Origin: Candidatus Staskawiczbacteria bacterium
GTDB taxonomy: Bacteria > Patescibacteriota > Minisyncoccia > Minisyncoccales > Staskawiczbacteraceae
Assembly (NCBI GenBank): GCA_026395215.1
Contig: JAPLZC010000006.1
Span: 8,081 to 72,080, forward strand
Direction of reading: 5' to 3'
Length of the DNA stretch: 64,000 bases
Of this stretch, positions 17,987 through 28,547 are shown in pieces. The position numbers and the translations under genes are program-made. Position 1 is the stretch's first letter. Each line of letters starts with the position of its first letter. Under the pieces are notes generated by a model. That model was given only the letters and a program-made list of their open reading frames with translations. It was not told the origin of the DNA and ran no database searches.

Positions 17987-20578
17987 GTGAATTTCTCTCA
18001 ATATACAAACATATCGGTTGAAGAAACGTTAAGAAGTCTTAAAACTTCAACTTTTGGTCTTTCTGAAAAAGAGGCAGTATTAAGAATAGAAAAATACGGA
18101 TTAAATGAAATAAAATCAAAAAATATTAACGCCATCAAAGTTCTTTTGAGGCAATTAAAATCTCCTTTTACTTATTTGCTTTTAATTGCCGCCTTAGTGT
18201 CTGTTTTAATAGGCCAATTGGTTGATAGTATTGCGGTTTTTGCCTTTATTGTGATTAATGTAGTTATTGGTTTTGTGCAGGAATACAAAGCAGAGAAAGC
18301 GGTATTTATGTTGCAGGAGTTTATACCAAAAAAAGTAAAAGTTTTGCGTGATTCAAAGGAAGAAATAATAGATGAAAAATTTTTAGTACCCGGAGATATT
18401 GTTTTGTTAGAGGCAGGGGACTTGGTTCCGGCGGATTTGAGGGTAGTAAATATGCACAACTTTTTGGTGAATGAATCGGCACTTACAGGAGAATCGGTTC
18501 CTGTTTCTAAAATTACAGAAGCGTTTAATAGTCAGGAAAGTGAGATATTTAAAGCCAAGAATATTATTTTTTCCGGTTCATTAGTTGTGTCGGGCAAGGC
18601 ACAGGCAATTGCCATAGCCACAGGCAAAGATACTGTTTTTGGTGATATTGTTAAAACAATCTCCGGCATAAGAAGAGAGAGCACCTACGAAAAAAGCATT
18701 TTGTTTTTCTGTAAGCTGATAATGAAAATTGTTGCGACAACAATAATTTTAATTTTTGTTGCAAATATATTAATAAAAGGCGTAAGCAATATTTTTGAGC
18801 TTCTTTTGTTTTCAGTTGCTTTAATAGTGAGTATTTTGCCAGAAGCTTTACCAGCCGTTGTAACTTTTGCGCTTTCGGGCGGAAGTTTACGTATGGCAAA
18901 GCAAAACGTGGTTGTAAAGAGATTATCTGCAATTGAGGATTTGGGAAACATAGAAATTTTGTGCACTGATAAAACAGGAACCTTAACGCAGAATAAACCT
19001 TCTTTAGAAAAAACCGTTTCGTCAGATAAAAAAAAGTGTTTTTTATACGGAATTTTGGCCTCGGGTGGAATTTTTCCCGCCACAGCGGGATCCCGCCCTT
19101 GGCGGGAAAATCCTTTTGACTCGGCCTTATATCAAAGGGCTACGGAAGAAATTTTGAGGGAATCAAAAAAATTTAAAATAGTTTCCGAATTACCATTTGA
19201 TTCATACAGAATGAGGTCGGCTTTTTTGGTAAAGAGTATAAAAAATGAAGCATTTTTAATTGTTAAAGGCGCGCCCGAGTCTATTATAAAAAATTGTAGA
19301 AATTTTTCCGCCCAAGGCGGACCAGCTTCGGGCTGGGATAAAAAAGAAATTCAAGAAGATATTGACAGAGAAGGCGTGGAAGGGAAAAGAGTTTTGGCTA
19401 TAGCATATAAAAAAATAGCAAACGAGAAGCGCGCTACAAACGAGGCCATACGAATAGAAGATGAAAAGGGGCTGACCTTTTTGGGTTATTTTGTTTTTGA
19501 TGATCCAATAAAAACTACTGCAAAAGAGGCGATAAGTTTATCTAAAAAGCTGGGAATTAAAATAAAAATTGTCACAGGAGATTCTAAAGAGGTTGCTTGT
19601 TATGTTGCCAGAAAAACAGGGCTTGTTTCGGGCATTGAAGATACAATTTCTGGTCAGGAATTGGAAAAATTATCAAAGGAAGAATTTGAAGACGCATGTG
19701 AAAGCAAAACTATTTTTGCCCGCATTTCCCCAGACACAAAACACAACATAATAAAATCTCTGCAAAAAAAATGTGAGGTTGGATTTATGGGCGAGGGTGT
19801 TAATGACGCGCCGGCTCTAAAAACAGCCGATGTTGGAATTGCCGTTGTTGAGGCGTCTGACATAGCCAGGGAAGCGGCTGATGTTGTTCTTTTGCAAAAA
19901 GATTTGCGGGTTATTATTAACGGAATTAAGGATGGCCGGACTATTTTTGCAAATATTAATAAATATATTAAATGCGCGCTTGCCAGCAATTTTGGTAATT
20001 TTTATTCAATTGCCGTAATTTCCTTGTTCATAAATTTTTTACCAATGCTTCCGGTACAGATTTTGCTTGGGAATATTTTATCGGATTTTCCATTAATTTC
20101 TATTGCAACTGATTCAGTTGACATAGACGAGCTTAAAAAACCAAAAGCCTACCAGTTGTATAATGTTTTGCCGTTGATTATTTCTCTGGCATTAGTCAGC
20201 ACTGTTTTTGATTTTATTTTCTTTTCTATTTTTCATGCGCAACAACCGGGCGTTATACAAACTTTGTGGTTTATTGAAAGCATTTTAACTGAACTTTTGC
20301 TAATTTACATTATCAGAACACGAGGTATTTTTTACAAAGCAAAAAGACCAGGTTTTTGGCTCATTTTCCTCACTGCAATTGATGGCATATTTGTTGTTGC
20401 CTTGCCGTTTTTGCCAATTGCGCAAAGCTGGTTCCATTTTGCAGTTTTGCCAATTATGCCATTGTTGATTGTTTTTTTCCTAATTGGTATGTATTTTATT
20501 GTCAGCGAAATAGTAAAATTAATCTATTTCCATTACCTGCCTGCCGGCAGGCAGGTTGGAAGCCAAAGATTTCTGTGA
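17987..20578 (+). CDS. Cation-transporting P-type ATPase (MgtA-like)
   Basis: LTGES, PEALP, DKTGTLT, TGD, GEGVNDAPAL. Confidence 0.93.
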   Translation: MNFSQYTNISVEETLRSLKTSTFGLSEKEAVLRIEKYGLNEIKSKNINAIKVLLRQLKSPFTYLLLIAALVSVLIGQLVDSIAVFAFIVINVVIGFVQEYKAEKAVFMLQEFIPKKVKVLRDSKEEIIDEKFLVPGDIVLLEAGDLVPADLRVVNMHNFLVNESALTGESVPVSKITEAFNSQESEIFKAKNIIFSGSLVVSGKAQAIAIATGKDTVFGDIVKTISGIRRESTYEKSILFFCKLIMKIVATTIILIFVANILIKGVSNIFELLLFSVALIVSILPEALPAVVTFALSGGSLRMAKQNVVVKRLSAIEDLGNIEILCTDKTGTLTQNKPSLEKTVSSDKKKCFLYGILASGGIFPATAGSRPWRENPFDSALYQRATEEILRESKKFKIVSELPFDSYRMRSAFLVKSIKNEAFLIVKGAPESIIKNCRNFSAQGGPASGWDKKEIQEDIDREGVEGKRVLAIAYKKIANEKRATNEAIRIEDEKGLTFLGYFVFDDPIKTTAKEAISLSKKLGIKIKIVTGDSKEVACYVARKTGLVSGIEDTISGQELEKLSKEEFEDACESKTIFARISPDTKHNIIKSLQKKCEVGFMGEGVNDAPALKTADVGIAVVEASDIAREAADVVLLQKDLRVIINGIKDGRTIFANINKYIKCALASNFGNFYSIAVISLFINFLPMLPVQILLGNILSDFPLISIATDSVDIDELKKPKAYQLYNVLPLIISLALVSTVFDFIFFSIFHAQQPGVIQTLWFIESILTELLLIYIIRTRGIFYKAKRPGFWLIFLTAIDGIFVVALPFLPIAQSWFHFAVLPIMPLLIVFFLIGMYFIVSEIVKLIYFHYLPAGRQVGSQRFL

Positions 20579-20593
20579 TAAACTAAATTAAAC

Positions 20594-21643
20594 ATGGATA
20601 TAACAACTATACTTTTAATAGTAATTGCAGTGGGGATAATTATAGCTGTTTTTTTGTTGTTAAGAAGAGAAAAGAAAGATTTGCCTGCGCAGGCAGGGGA
20701 CGGGTCTCTATTAATGCTTCAACAACAGTTGAATCAGGTGGCACAGGCGGTGGACAGTAAGTTATCAGAGTCAAATAAAAATGTGCAGGAGCAATTTAAA
20801 CATTCGGCTGATATAATTAGAAATGTTACTGAGAAGCTGACTAAGTTAGATGAAACAAATAGGCAAGTGGTTGGGTTTGCTGACCAATTAAAAAGTTTGC
20901 AGGATATTTTAAAAAATCCAAAACAGCGTGGAATTCTGGGGGAATACTATTTGGAAACCGTTTTAAAAAATGTTTTACCGCCTTCGTCTTTTCAAATGCA
21001 ATATTCATTTTCCAATGGCGAAATTGTTGATGCGGTTGTTTTTGTAGATAAGCGTATAATCCCAATAGACTCAAAGTTTTCTCTGGATAATTATAACAGA
21101 ATGTTGCAAACCAATGACCCGGTTGAAATAAAAAGATTGGAAACGGCTTTTGTTAATGATTTGAAATTGAGAATAGACGAAACCGCAAAATATGTAAGGC
21201 CGGAAGAAAAAACAATGGATTTTGCTTTTATGTTTATTCCATCAGAAGCCGTATATTATGATTTGTTAATAAATAAAGTCGGGGTTATTGCCGAAGACAC
21301 AAATAATTTAATTTATTACGCCGGAAAGAAAAAAGTTATTGTTGTTTCACCAACTTCATTTTTAGCTTATTTACAGACAGTTTTGCAGGGCTTAAGAAAT
21401 CAAAAAATTTCAGAACAAGCACAGACAATAATAAAAGAGGTAGAACGGCTGGGCAAACACTTATTTACTTACTCGGAGCATTTTAATCGTTTAGGTCAGC
21501 ATTTAGACGAGACAGTAGGTAGTTTTAACAAGGCAAAGGTAGAATTTGCAAAAGTTGATAAAGACGTAATAAAACTGGCCGGTGGGGAGAGTAAGCTGAA
21601 ATTAGAGGAAGTAGAAAGGCCTGCGATTGACAGCGGACAATAG
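20594..21643 (+). CDS. rmuC: DNA recombination protein RmuC
   Basis: RGILGE, IDSKF, DFAFMFIPSE, VSPTS. Confidence 0.92.
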   Translation: MDITTILLIVIAVGIIIAVFLLLRREKKDLPAQAGDGSLLMLQQQLNQVAQAVDSKLSESNKNVQEQFKHSADIIRNVTEKLTKLDETNRQVVGFADQLKSLQDILKNPKQRGILGEYYLETVLKNVLPPSSFQMQYSFSNGEIVDAVVFVDKRIIPIDSKFSLDNYNRMLQTNDPVEIKRLETAFVNDLKLRIDETAKYVRPEEKTMDFAFMFIPSEAVYYDLLINKVGVIAEDTNNLIYYAGKKKVIVVSPTSFLAYLQTVLQGLRNQKISEQAQTIIKEVERLGKHLFTYSEHFNRLGQHLDETVGSFNKAKVEFAKVDKDVIKLAGGESKLKLEEVERPAIDSGQ

Positions 21644-21657
21644 TCTTGCTATAATGT

Positions 21658-21765
21658 CTAATTAACCTAATTATTCTAATTAACCTAATCAAGTTCTAAA
21701 TTTAGAAATTTAAAAATTAGAAATTATTTAGAATAATTAGAGCAATTAGCATAATTAGAATAATT
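21658..21765. repeat. Intergenic hairpin array (CTAATT/AATTAG units)
   Basis: Tandem CTAAT(T) units followed by AATTAG units, in the rplU leader. Confidence 0.7.
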
Positions 21766-21774
21766 TTAAATATT

Positions 21775-22080
21775 ATGATTGCAATTATAAAGACTGGCGG
21801 AAAACAATATGTTGTTAAGCCGGGAGACAAATTAAAAATAGAAAAGTTACTCAAGGAAGTGGGGGAAGAGTTTTCCTTTACAGACGTTTTGTTGACTGAA
21901 AAAGCCGGCAGTGTAGAAGTTGGCGCTCCTTTTGTTAAAGCCGATGTAAAAGCAAAAGTCCTAAGCCACGGAAAAGGAGATAAAGTTGTAGTTTACAAAT
22001 ATAAATCAAAGAAAAGAGAAAGCAGAAAAATCGGCCACAGACAACCCTATACCGAAGTAGAAATTCTCAGCATTAAATAA
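21775..22080 (+). CDS. rplU: 50S ribosomal protein L21
   Basis: AIIKTGGKQY, GHRQPYT. Confidence 0.97.
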   Translation: MIAIIKTGGKQYVVKPGDKLKIEKLLKEVGEEFSFTDVLLTEKAGSVEVGAPFVKADVKAKVLSHGKGDKVVVYKYKSKKRESRKIGHRQPYTEVEILSIK

Positions 22081-22247
22081 ATATTTTAAAAACCCGCAAA
22101 AGCGGGTTTTTTGTTGCGCAAGTATTGACAACAATTTAAGAAGGAGTATTGTAAAGGTGAATATAAAAATAACACGATCTATTGTTTTTATTATACAAAT
22201 AAATTAAAATAAATAATTAAAATTTATAAATATAATATTAAAAAATT

Positions 22248-25200
22248 ATGGCAAAAACTATAAAAAGAATTTTTAAGTCACAAGCTGGTAAAATAGCAAT
22301 CGGCGCAAGTGTTATATTAACCATTTCATTGGTCACCGTCGGCGTCTTAACCGGTTTTTTTATCCCCGCCGGAAACGCTTTAGCAGCAAGAACAGTAATG
22401 TCTGTAAACTTAAATGGTGTAGCGATGTCTTCGGGTAATAGTATTATTGTTGGGGGGGGGTGGAGTAACAATTTCTGCACAAATTAACGTTAATAATGAT
22501 GGAGGAAGTGATTGGCAATCAACTGGATGGAGAATTTCTACAACAGCTCCAGGTTCTTATAATTGTATAAATCATACAAACCATAATGGTAATGGTAGTT
22601 ATGCGGAAACTTTTAATGTAGCGGCTCCATCAGGTACAGGGACTTACGATGTTTATTTTAAGGCTTTTAGTGACAACTCTTGTGGTTCTGGCAGTTCTGG
22701 CAGTTTTTCTTACAATGACGGTATTGTTGTTAATCTTAAACAGATAACCTCGGCGACAGTTAATGGAGGTTCGAGCGTGACGGTTGCTCCAGGCGCCTTG
22801 ATCTCGACAGTTGTTAATCTTACCGCAACCGGTACTGGTAACGACAATTATTGGAGCTCGACTTCATGGAGGTTATCAACAACTGCTCCAGGGTCTACAA
22901 CCTGCGTAAACACTTCTCCAGATTCAAACACAGCAGGAAATTATACTTCTAACGCTTTTAATGTTACGGCCCCTGCTAGTTCTGGAACATACAATTTATA
23001 TTTGATCGCAAGAGAAAATAATTCTTGTGGCGGTGCCTCCAGTTCAGTGTATACATTATTAGGCGCAGTAACAGTTGTTACCGATAGTACCCCTCCGACA
23101 GTTTTGAGTATTGTCATGGATGATACTGATTTTAAGATTGGAGACACAGCTCAAGTTGATATTACGTTTTCAGAGGCAGTTACGGGTTTTGATAATAGCG
23201 ACATAACAACAATAGATAACGGTACCTTAACACCAGTATCTTCATCTGATGGCGGAGTAACTTGGTCAGCGGTATTTACTCCCACAAACGATATTGAGGT
23301 TCCTGCAGATCCATTTGGAATACCATCGAAAAACTTAATAGTTGTAACTTTGACTGGCTTAGCTGATTTAGCCGGAAACGCCGGAGTTGGGACAGAAAGA
23401 TCGAGCTATTATTCAATAGACACAAAAGCACCAGTTTTGACTCTACCTTCCAATATTACAGTAGAAGCTACTGGCCCAAGTAGTGCAGTGGTTACATGGG
23501 AGGCATCGGCAACTGATTTAGATCCAGCCAATCCAACGGTAACTTGTGCTCAGAGTTCTGGTTCAACTTTTTACCTTGGATCAGAAGGAGTTAATTGCTC
23601 TGCTACCGATACCGCTGGCAACACAGCCACTGGTGGTTTTAGCGTAACAGTGCAAGATACTACTCCACCAGTATTGACAGCTCCAGCTGATCAAACCTTT
23701 GAGGCAACTGGATCAATTGATTCTTATTCATTAGTTTTGGCAACAGCTACTGATATTGCTGACGCAAGCGTAGATATTGATTCTAATCCAACTAGTTTTC
23801 CATTAGGAACAACCCTTGTTACTTGGACCGCAACTGATGATTCTGGTAATACAGCCACAGCTACTTCTAATGTGACTATTGTTGACACTACCGCACCAAT
23901 AATTGCTTTAATGGGTAACAATCCTTTTGATTTATATATTAACAATGATTACTCTGAACCTGGATTTTCTGCTGTAGATATTGTTGATGGTGATATAACA
24001 GGAAGCGTTACTGTTGAGGGAGAAGATTTTGACAATACTGTTTTGGGAGCACATATTATTACTTATAGTGTTACTGATGCTAATGGAAATAGCACAAGTG
24101 TGACTAGAACAGTAAATATTGTTGATAGAAATAAACCGATTATTTATAGAGTTGGCGCCAGTCCATTAACAGTTGAAGGCGGATCAACTTACACCGATCA
24201 AGGGGCAACAGCCATTGATAGAGACGGGTCTGATATTACTTCATCAATTATTACAGTAAACCCAGTAAATACCGTTGTTTTGGGTGGTTATACCGTGACA
24301 TACGATGTTACTGGAGCTGAATTAGGTGATTTGACTGGGACAAATATTGCAGACCAGGCAAAGAGAATCGTGAATGTTGTTGATACTACTGCGCCGATTA
24401 TCTATGTAGATCCAGGCGCTGTAAATGTTAATGTTGGCGATTCTTATATTGATACTGGAGTAACAGCTTCTGATATTATTGATGGTGATTTAACTTCTTC
24501 AATTGTAAGAAGCGGGACATTCACCGACACGTCAACACCTGGAACCTACACTATTCTTTATGACGTCTCAGATTCTGCTGGAAATCCCGCAATAACGATT
24601 CAACGATCAATCAACGTAGTTGTTCCCGACACCAAGGCCCCAGATCTTACCTCTGCAGATTTGATTGATGGTATAACAATAACAGCCTTCTTTGATGAAA
24701 ATCTCGACGACGATGCATTACAGGCAGGCGACTTTGGAGTTAAAATAAATGATATTGGTGAATTTATTTATCCAATTAGTGCGGTTGATGACAATGGCAC
24801 TGTCACATTAATATTCACTGACAGTTTCGGAACTGCCAATTCTCTTAAACTTTATATTAATCCTAATACACCAATGAGTATTAAGGATATTGCTGGTAAC
24901 GAACAAACAGGTTATTATGGAGTAACCGTAAATGACAAAATTAAGCCAGTTATTACCTTAACCGGTGACGCTACTGTAAATCTATTTGTTGGTGGTTCTT
25001 ATATAGAAACTGGAGCAACTGCTAGTGACATCATTGACGAATTAATTACAGTTACAGTTACGGGTACAGTTGATACAAATACAGTTGGAACATATACTAT
25101 ATATTACAATGCATCTGACTTGGCTGGTAATCCTGCAAATGAAGTAACTAGAACAGTTAATGTTAATTTGCAACCGGTAAATGGTGGGTGGTCGGATTGG

Positions 25201-26001
25201 GGGACTTGTTCGGCAACTTGTGGAGGTGGAACACAGACTAGGACTTGTACAAATCCAACTCCAGCTAATGGAGGTGCTACGTGTGTAGGTGAAACAAGCC
25301 AAACATGTAATCCACAATCGTGTGGTGGAGGTGGAGGGGGAGGAATAACGTTGGCTCCGGAATTGATGATTTCGGGAATTGCTTCTACGGGTGTTACAAC
25401 AGATACATTGACTCTTACATGGACAACTAACTTGCCTGCTAGCAGTTATGTAATTTACTCGGCAGAAGGTGAAAATCATACATTAAATATGGCAGATAAT
25501 GCTGGGACACCGCCATTGTTTGGATATGCTCACGCAACAGCAGAGCTTGATACAGATCCAAAGGTTACATCGCACACAGTAGTAATTACAGGTTTAACAC
25601 CTTTTACAAATTATTACTTTAGAACAGTTTCAAGAGGGTCATTGGCCGTTAGTGGAGAATATAAAGTAACAACTCCAGCGGTATTGGCAGCAGCAACTGT
25701 GGCAGCTGCCTCAGAAGAGGTGAGCGTTGCCCCAGAGGGTGCAGAAAACAATGGTGCAACAATTGCTCCTCAAATTGAAGAGGTGGCAGGGACAGAGGCA
25801 GTTAGTCAAACAGAAGTTCAAACAGAAACTCCAGCAGAAACAGTAGTGGGAGAAAATCAAGCTACAGATGATTCCAATCTATATGCAGCTGGATTTATGG
25901 GAGCTGCTGGTAAATATTTCTGGCCGTTGTTAATTATATTAATAATTGTTATAATAGGGTACGGAGTTTACTACTTTATAATTAAGAGAAAGAAAAAATA
26001 A
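22248..26001 (+). CDS. Large surface protein (Ig-like/HYR-like repeats, TSP1, FN3-like, C-terminal TM), frameshifted at G9 tract 22452-22460
   Basis: Signal-bearing ORF 22248-22487 and ORF 22447-26001 join if one G is removed; repeated DTTAP-I/L linkers. Confidence 0.85.
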
Positions 26002-26005
26002 AAAT

Positions 26006-26176
26006 ATGGAAGAAATACCGGGAAAATATTTTGCGGCGGATTTGGGGGGGGCTGATTTGATGGACGTAGCTTCAAAACACCCTGTGGTGTTTTGGGTAAT
26101 ATTTGTTGTGGTGGTTGTTGTTGGGATAGGATACGGCATTTATTACTTAGCCAAAAGAAAAAAGGCACAAGACTAA
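26006..26176 (+). CDS. 56-aa membrane peptide resembling the surface-protein anchor
   Basis: Read manually: MEEIPGKYFAADLGG...FWVIFVVVVVVGIGYGIYYLAKRKKAQD. Confidence 0.7.
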   Translation: MEEIPGKYFAADLGGADLMDVASKHPVVFWVIFVVVVVVGIGYGIYYLAKRKKAQD

Positions 26177-26342
26177 TTATTATAAAAAAAGACAGTCCTT
26201 TGACAAGTTCGGGACTGTTTTTTTGTTTTACGACGTACATCTTGACATAATTTTTAATAAGAGTAGAATTGATGAAAATGCGTTTGTTGTGTTGTTCGTT
26301 GTAAACGGGAAAGTGAGTTAAACTCTACGAAAGGTTAAACCA

Positions 26343-26603
26343 ATGAAAGCAACAGTAGTTAAGTCACGGGAAGAGTTTCTTGAAGCCTATAAAGACGTTT
26401 ATAAAGACGCGGGGGAGCTTATTGAAGGGAGGCGTTGGGTCAAGCTCAAAGAGACTGGCCGAATGTTTCACGTTCTTGCAGACGACAGTCCCGCATATAA
26501 ACAAACCTATACATGGGTTGGAGATTATTCCGAAGGACTCGCTCCAGCCAGAGAGGATATGGATCCATCCCTGATTAACCACAATGGTATAATAACAGAC
26601 TAG
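26343..26603 (+). CDS. Hypothetical protein (ORFan unit)
   Basis: Promoter TTGACA(26242)-N16-TAGAAT; GAAAGG SD; terminator about 26624-26646. Confidence 0.6.
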   Translation: MKATVVKSREEFLEAYKDVYKDAGELIEGRRWVKLKETGRMFHVLADDSPAYKQTYTWVGDYSEGLAPAREDMDPSLINHNGIITD

Positions 26604-26674
26604 ACGTGTTGTTTAGTAGTTCAGGTCCTCAATGAGGACTTTTTTTATTCACAAAATTTTGGTAAGGTTGAGTT

Positions 26675-27316
26675 ATGAAAAAAGAAATTGAGTGGTACCC
26701 ACAGCCTCAAGAATATGCAATTGGATTTGTAGAGTTTTTGGGTTGCAAAATTGATTTATCTAGTAGGCCATTGATTCCGCGTCCTGAAACCGAATTCTGG
26801 GTAGAAAAGGCGATAGAGGTAATACATCATAATATCCACGGCCGTGGGAAATATGATGTAAGAGTTTTAGACATGTTTGCGGGGTCTGGGTGCATTGGCA
26901 TGGCAGTTTTAAAACATGTTAAAAATGCAAAAGTAACTTTTGCCGACAAATATAAATATTTTGATAGTCCAAATTTTATTAAGTCAGATGTTTTTAGCAA
27001 TATAAGAGATAAATACGACTTCATTTTTGCTAACCCGCCATATATTCCAACAAAAAATAAAAGCAAAGTAGGGAAGTCGGTTTTGAAATATGAGCCCAAA
27101 ACAGCATTGTTTGGTGGGCCAGATGGACTTTTTTATATAGATAAATTTTTACGTGGCGTGAAAAAACATTTAAATACTAATGGGCAAATTTTTATGGAGT
27201 TTTCTCCCGAACAAAAAACAGCAGTGGGGAAGTTGACTAAAAAATACGGATATAAGAACTACGAATTTCATAAGGACCAATTCAATAGATGGCGATGGGT
27301 GAGTATCTTTAATTGA
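26675..27316 (+). CDS. prmC: Release factor glutamine methyltransferase, short N-terminus
   Basis: LIPRPETE, LDMFAGSG, NPPY, EP..ALFGG.DG. Confidence 0.88.
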   Translation: MKKEIEWYPQPQEYAIGFVEFLGCKIDLSSRPLIPRPETEFWVEKAIEVIHHNIHGRGKYDVRVLDMFAGSGCIGMAVLKHVKNAKVTFADKYKYFDSPNFIKSDVFSNIRDKYDFIFANPPYIPTKNKSKVGKSVLKYEPKTALFGGPDGLFYIDKFLRGVKKHLNTNGQIFMEFSPEQKTAVGKLTKKYGYKNYEFHKDQFNRWRWVSIFN

Positions 27317-27411
27317 CAAGAGTTTTTAAAAAAATTATTCTTACATAATCTCATCAGTTTTTTGGTACACAACAGAGCAACCGCTCGTTGAAAAAGACAG
27401 GAGTTGTCTAA

Positions 27412-27660
27412 ATGCACGAGTACAATACGGAAAGTCATCTGCCTAAAATAATGTCGCATTTGCCGGTAATCCCACAAAGGAAACTGCCGTGTAAATTGTC
27501 GGCGAAAAGTAAGCCACGGCGGAAGAAGTCGAAGGGAAGTAATCTGTTAATTATGGAGCTTTCCTGGGATTCTTTGAAAAATCCCGGCGTGGCTAACGCG
27601 TTGGCAGAAAGCAAATTGTTTGCCGATCGATATGCCATCCGGCCCAAGTCGAAAGACTGA
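27412..27660 (+). CDS. Hypothetical basic protein (ORFan unit)
   Basis: TTGACA at 27313; AGGAG SD; terminator about 27665-27702. Confidence 0.45.
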   Translation: MHEYNTESHLPKIMSHLPVIPQRKLPCKLSAKSKPRRKKSKGSNLLIMELSWDSLKNPGVANALAESKLFADRYAIRPKSKD

Positions 27661-27765
27661 GCATATCCTCATATTACTGCACAAGTAATTGAGGATTTTT
27701 TTGTTTGAAAATTTAAAATTGTAAATTGAAAATTAAATCTTGGCATGGTATTATTAAACAATAAT

Positions 27766-28449
27766 ATGGACAAGAAGATACAGTTATCGCCAAACTCACT
27801 CAATCTATTTCTCGAGTGTCCGCAGTGTTTTTGGCTGGATAAAAATTTGGGGATTAAGAGGCCGCCTCCATATCCTTATGCTTTAAATTCGACGGTGGAT
27901 GAATTACTGAAAGAAGAGTTTGACACATATAGGCAGAAAAAAATTCCCCACCCGTTGCTTGCCGAAAATAATATAAAGGCGCATTTATTTGAAAATCAGA
28001 AATTATTAAATCAGTGGAGAAATAATCTAGCGGGTGTAAGATATTTTGATGAAGACTTGGAAGCAACTTTATTTGGTGCGGTTGATGATGTATTAGAGTT
28101 TGGTGATGGGAAAATAGCTCCGTTAGATTACAAATCTACAGGAAGCACTGCAGGTAAGGTTTATGACAGATTTCAATTACAGCTTGATACTTACGCGTTT
28201 TTGTTAGAAAAGAACGGTTATAAAATAAAAAATAAGGGTTATTTAGCTTTTTATATAGTTGATAAGAGCAGGGGATTTATTGACAGACTTCCGTTTAGGA
28301 AAGAAATTGTAGAAATAGATACAAATCCGGCAGATGTTTATGAAATTTTTAAGGATGCGGTTGTGTGTTTAAGAAATTCAACTCCGCCTGCACACAGCTT
28401 TGATTGTCAGTTTAAAAAATGGTTAGACGGAGCAAAAACATTTGTATAA
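27766..28449 (+). CDS. PD-(D/E)XK nuclease (RecB/Cas4-like)
   Basis: LSP..LNLF.ECP.CFW, GAVDD...LDYKS, QL..Y. Confidence 0.85.
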   Translation: MDKKIQLSPNSLNLFLECPQCFWLDKNLGIKRPPPYPYALNSTVDELLKEEFDTYRQKKIPHPLLAENNIKAHLFENQKLLNQWRNNLAGVRYFDEDLEATLFGAVDDVLEFGDGKIAPLDYKSTGSTAGKVYDRFQLQLDTYAFLLEKNGYKIKNKGYLAFYIVDKSRGFIDRLPFRKEIVEIDTNPADVYEIFKDAVVCLRNSTPPAHSFDCQFKKWLDGAKTFV

Positions 28450-28543
28450 TACTAATTTACTAATTCTATACTAATCTACAGAAACACTAATCTACGAATT
28501 CGTATTTTCGCAGATTAGCATAAGATTTGCAGATTAGTATTAT
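28450..28543. repeat. Intergenic hairpin array, family A copy 2
   Basis: CTAATCTAC units; TACGAATTCGTA core at 28493. Confidence 0.85.
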
Positions 28544-28547
28544 GTTT

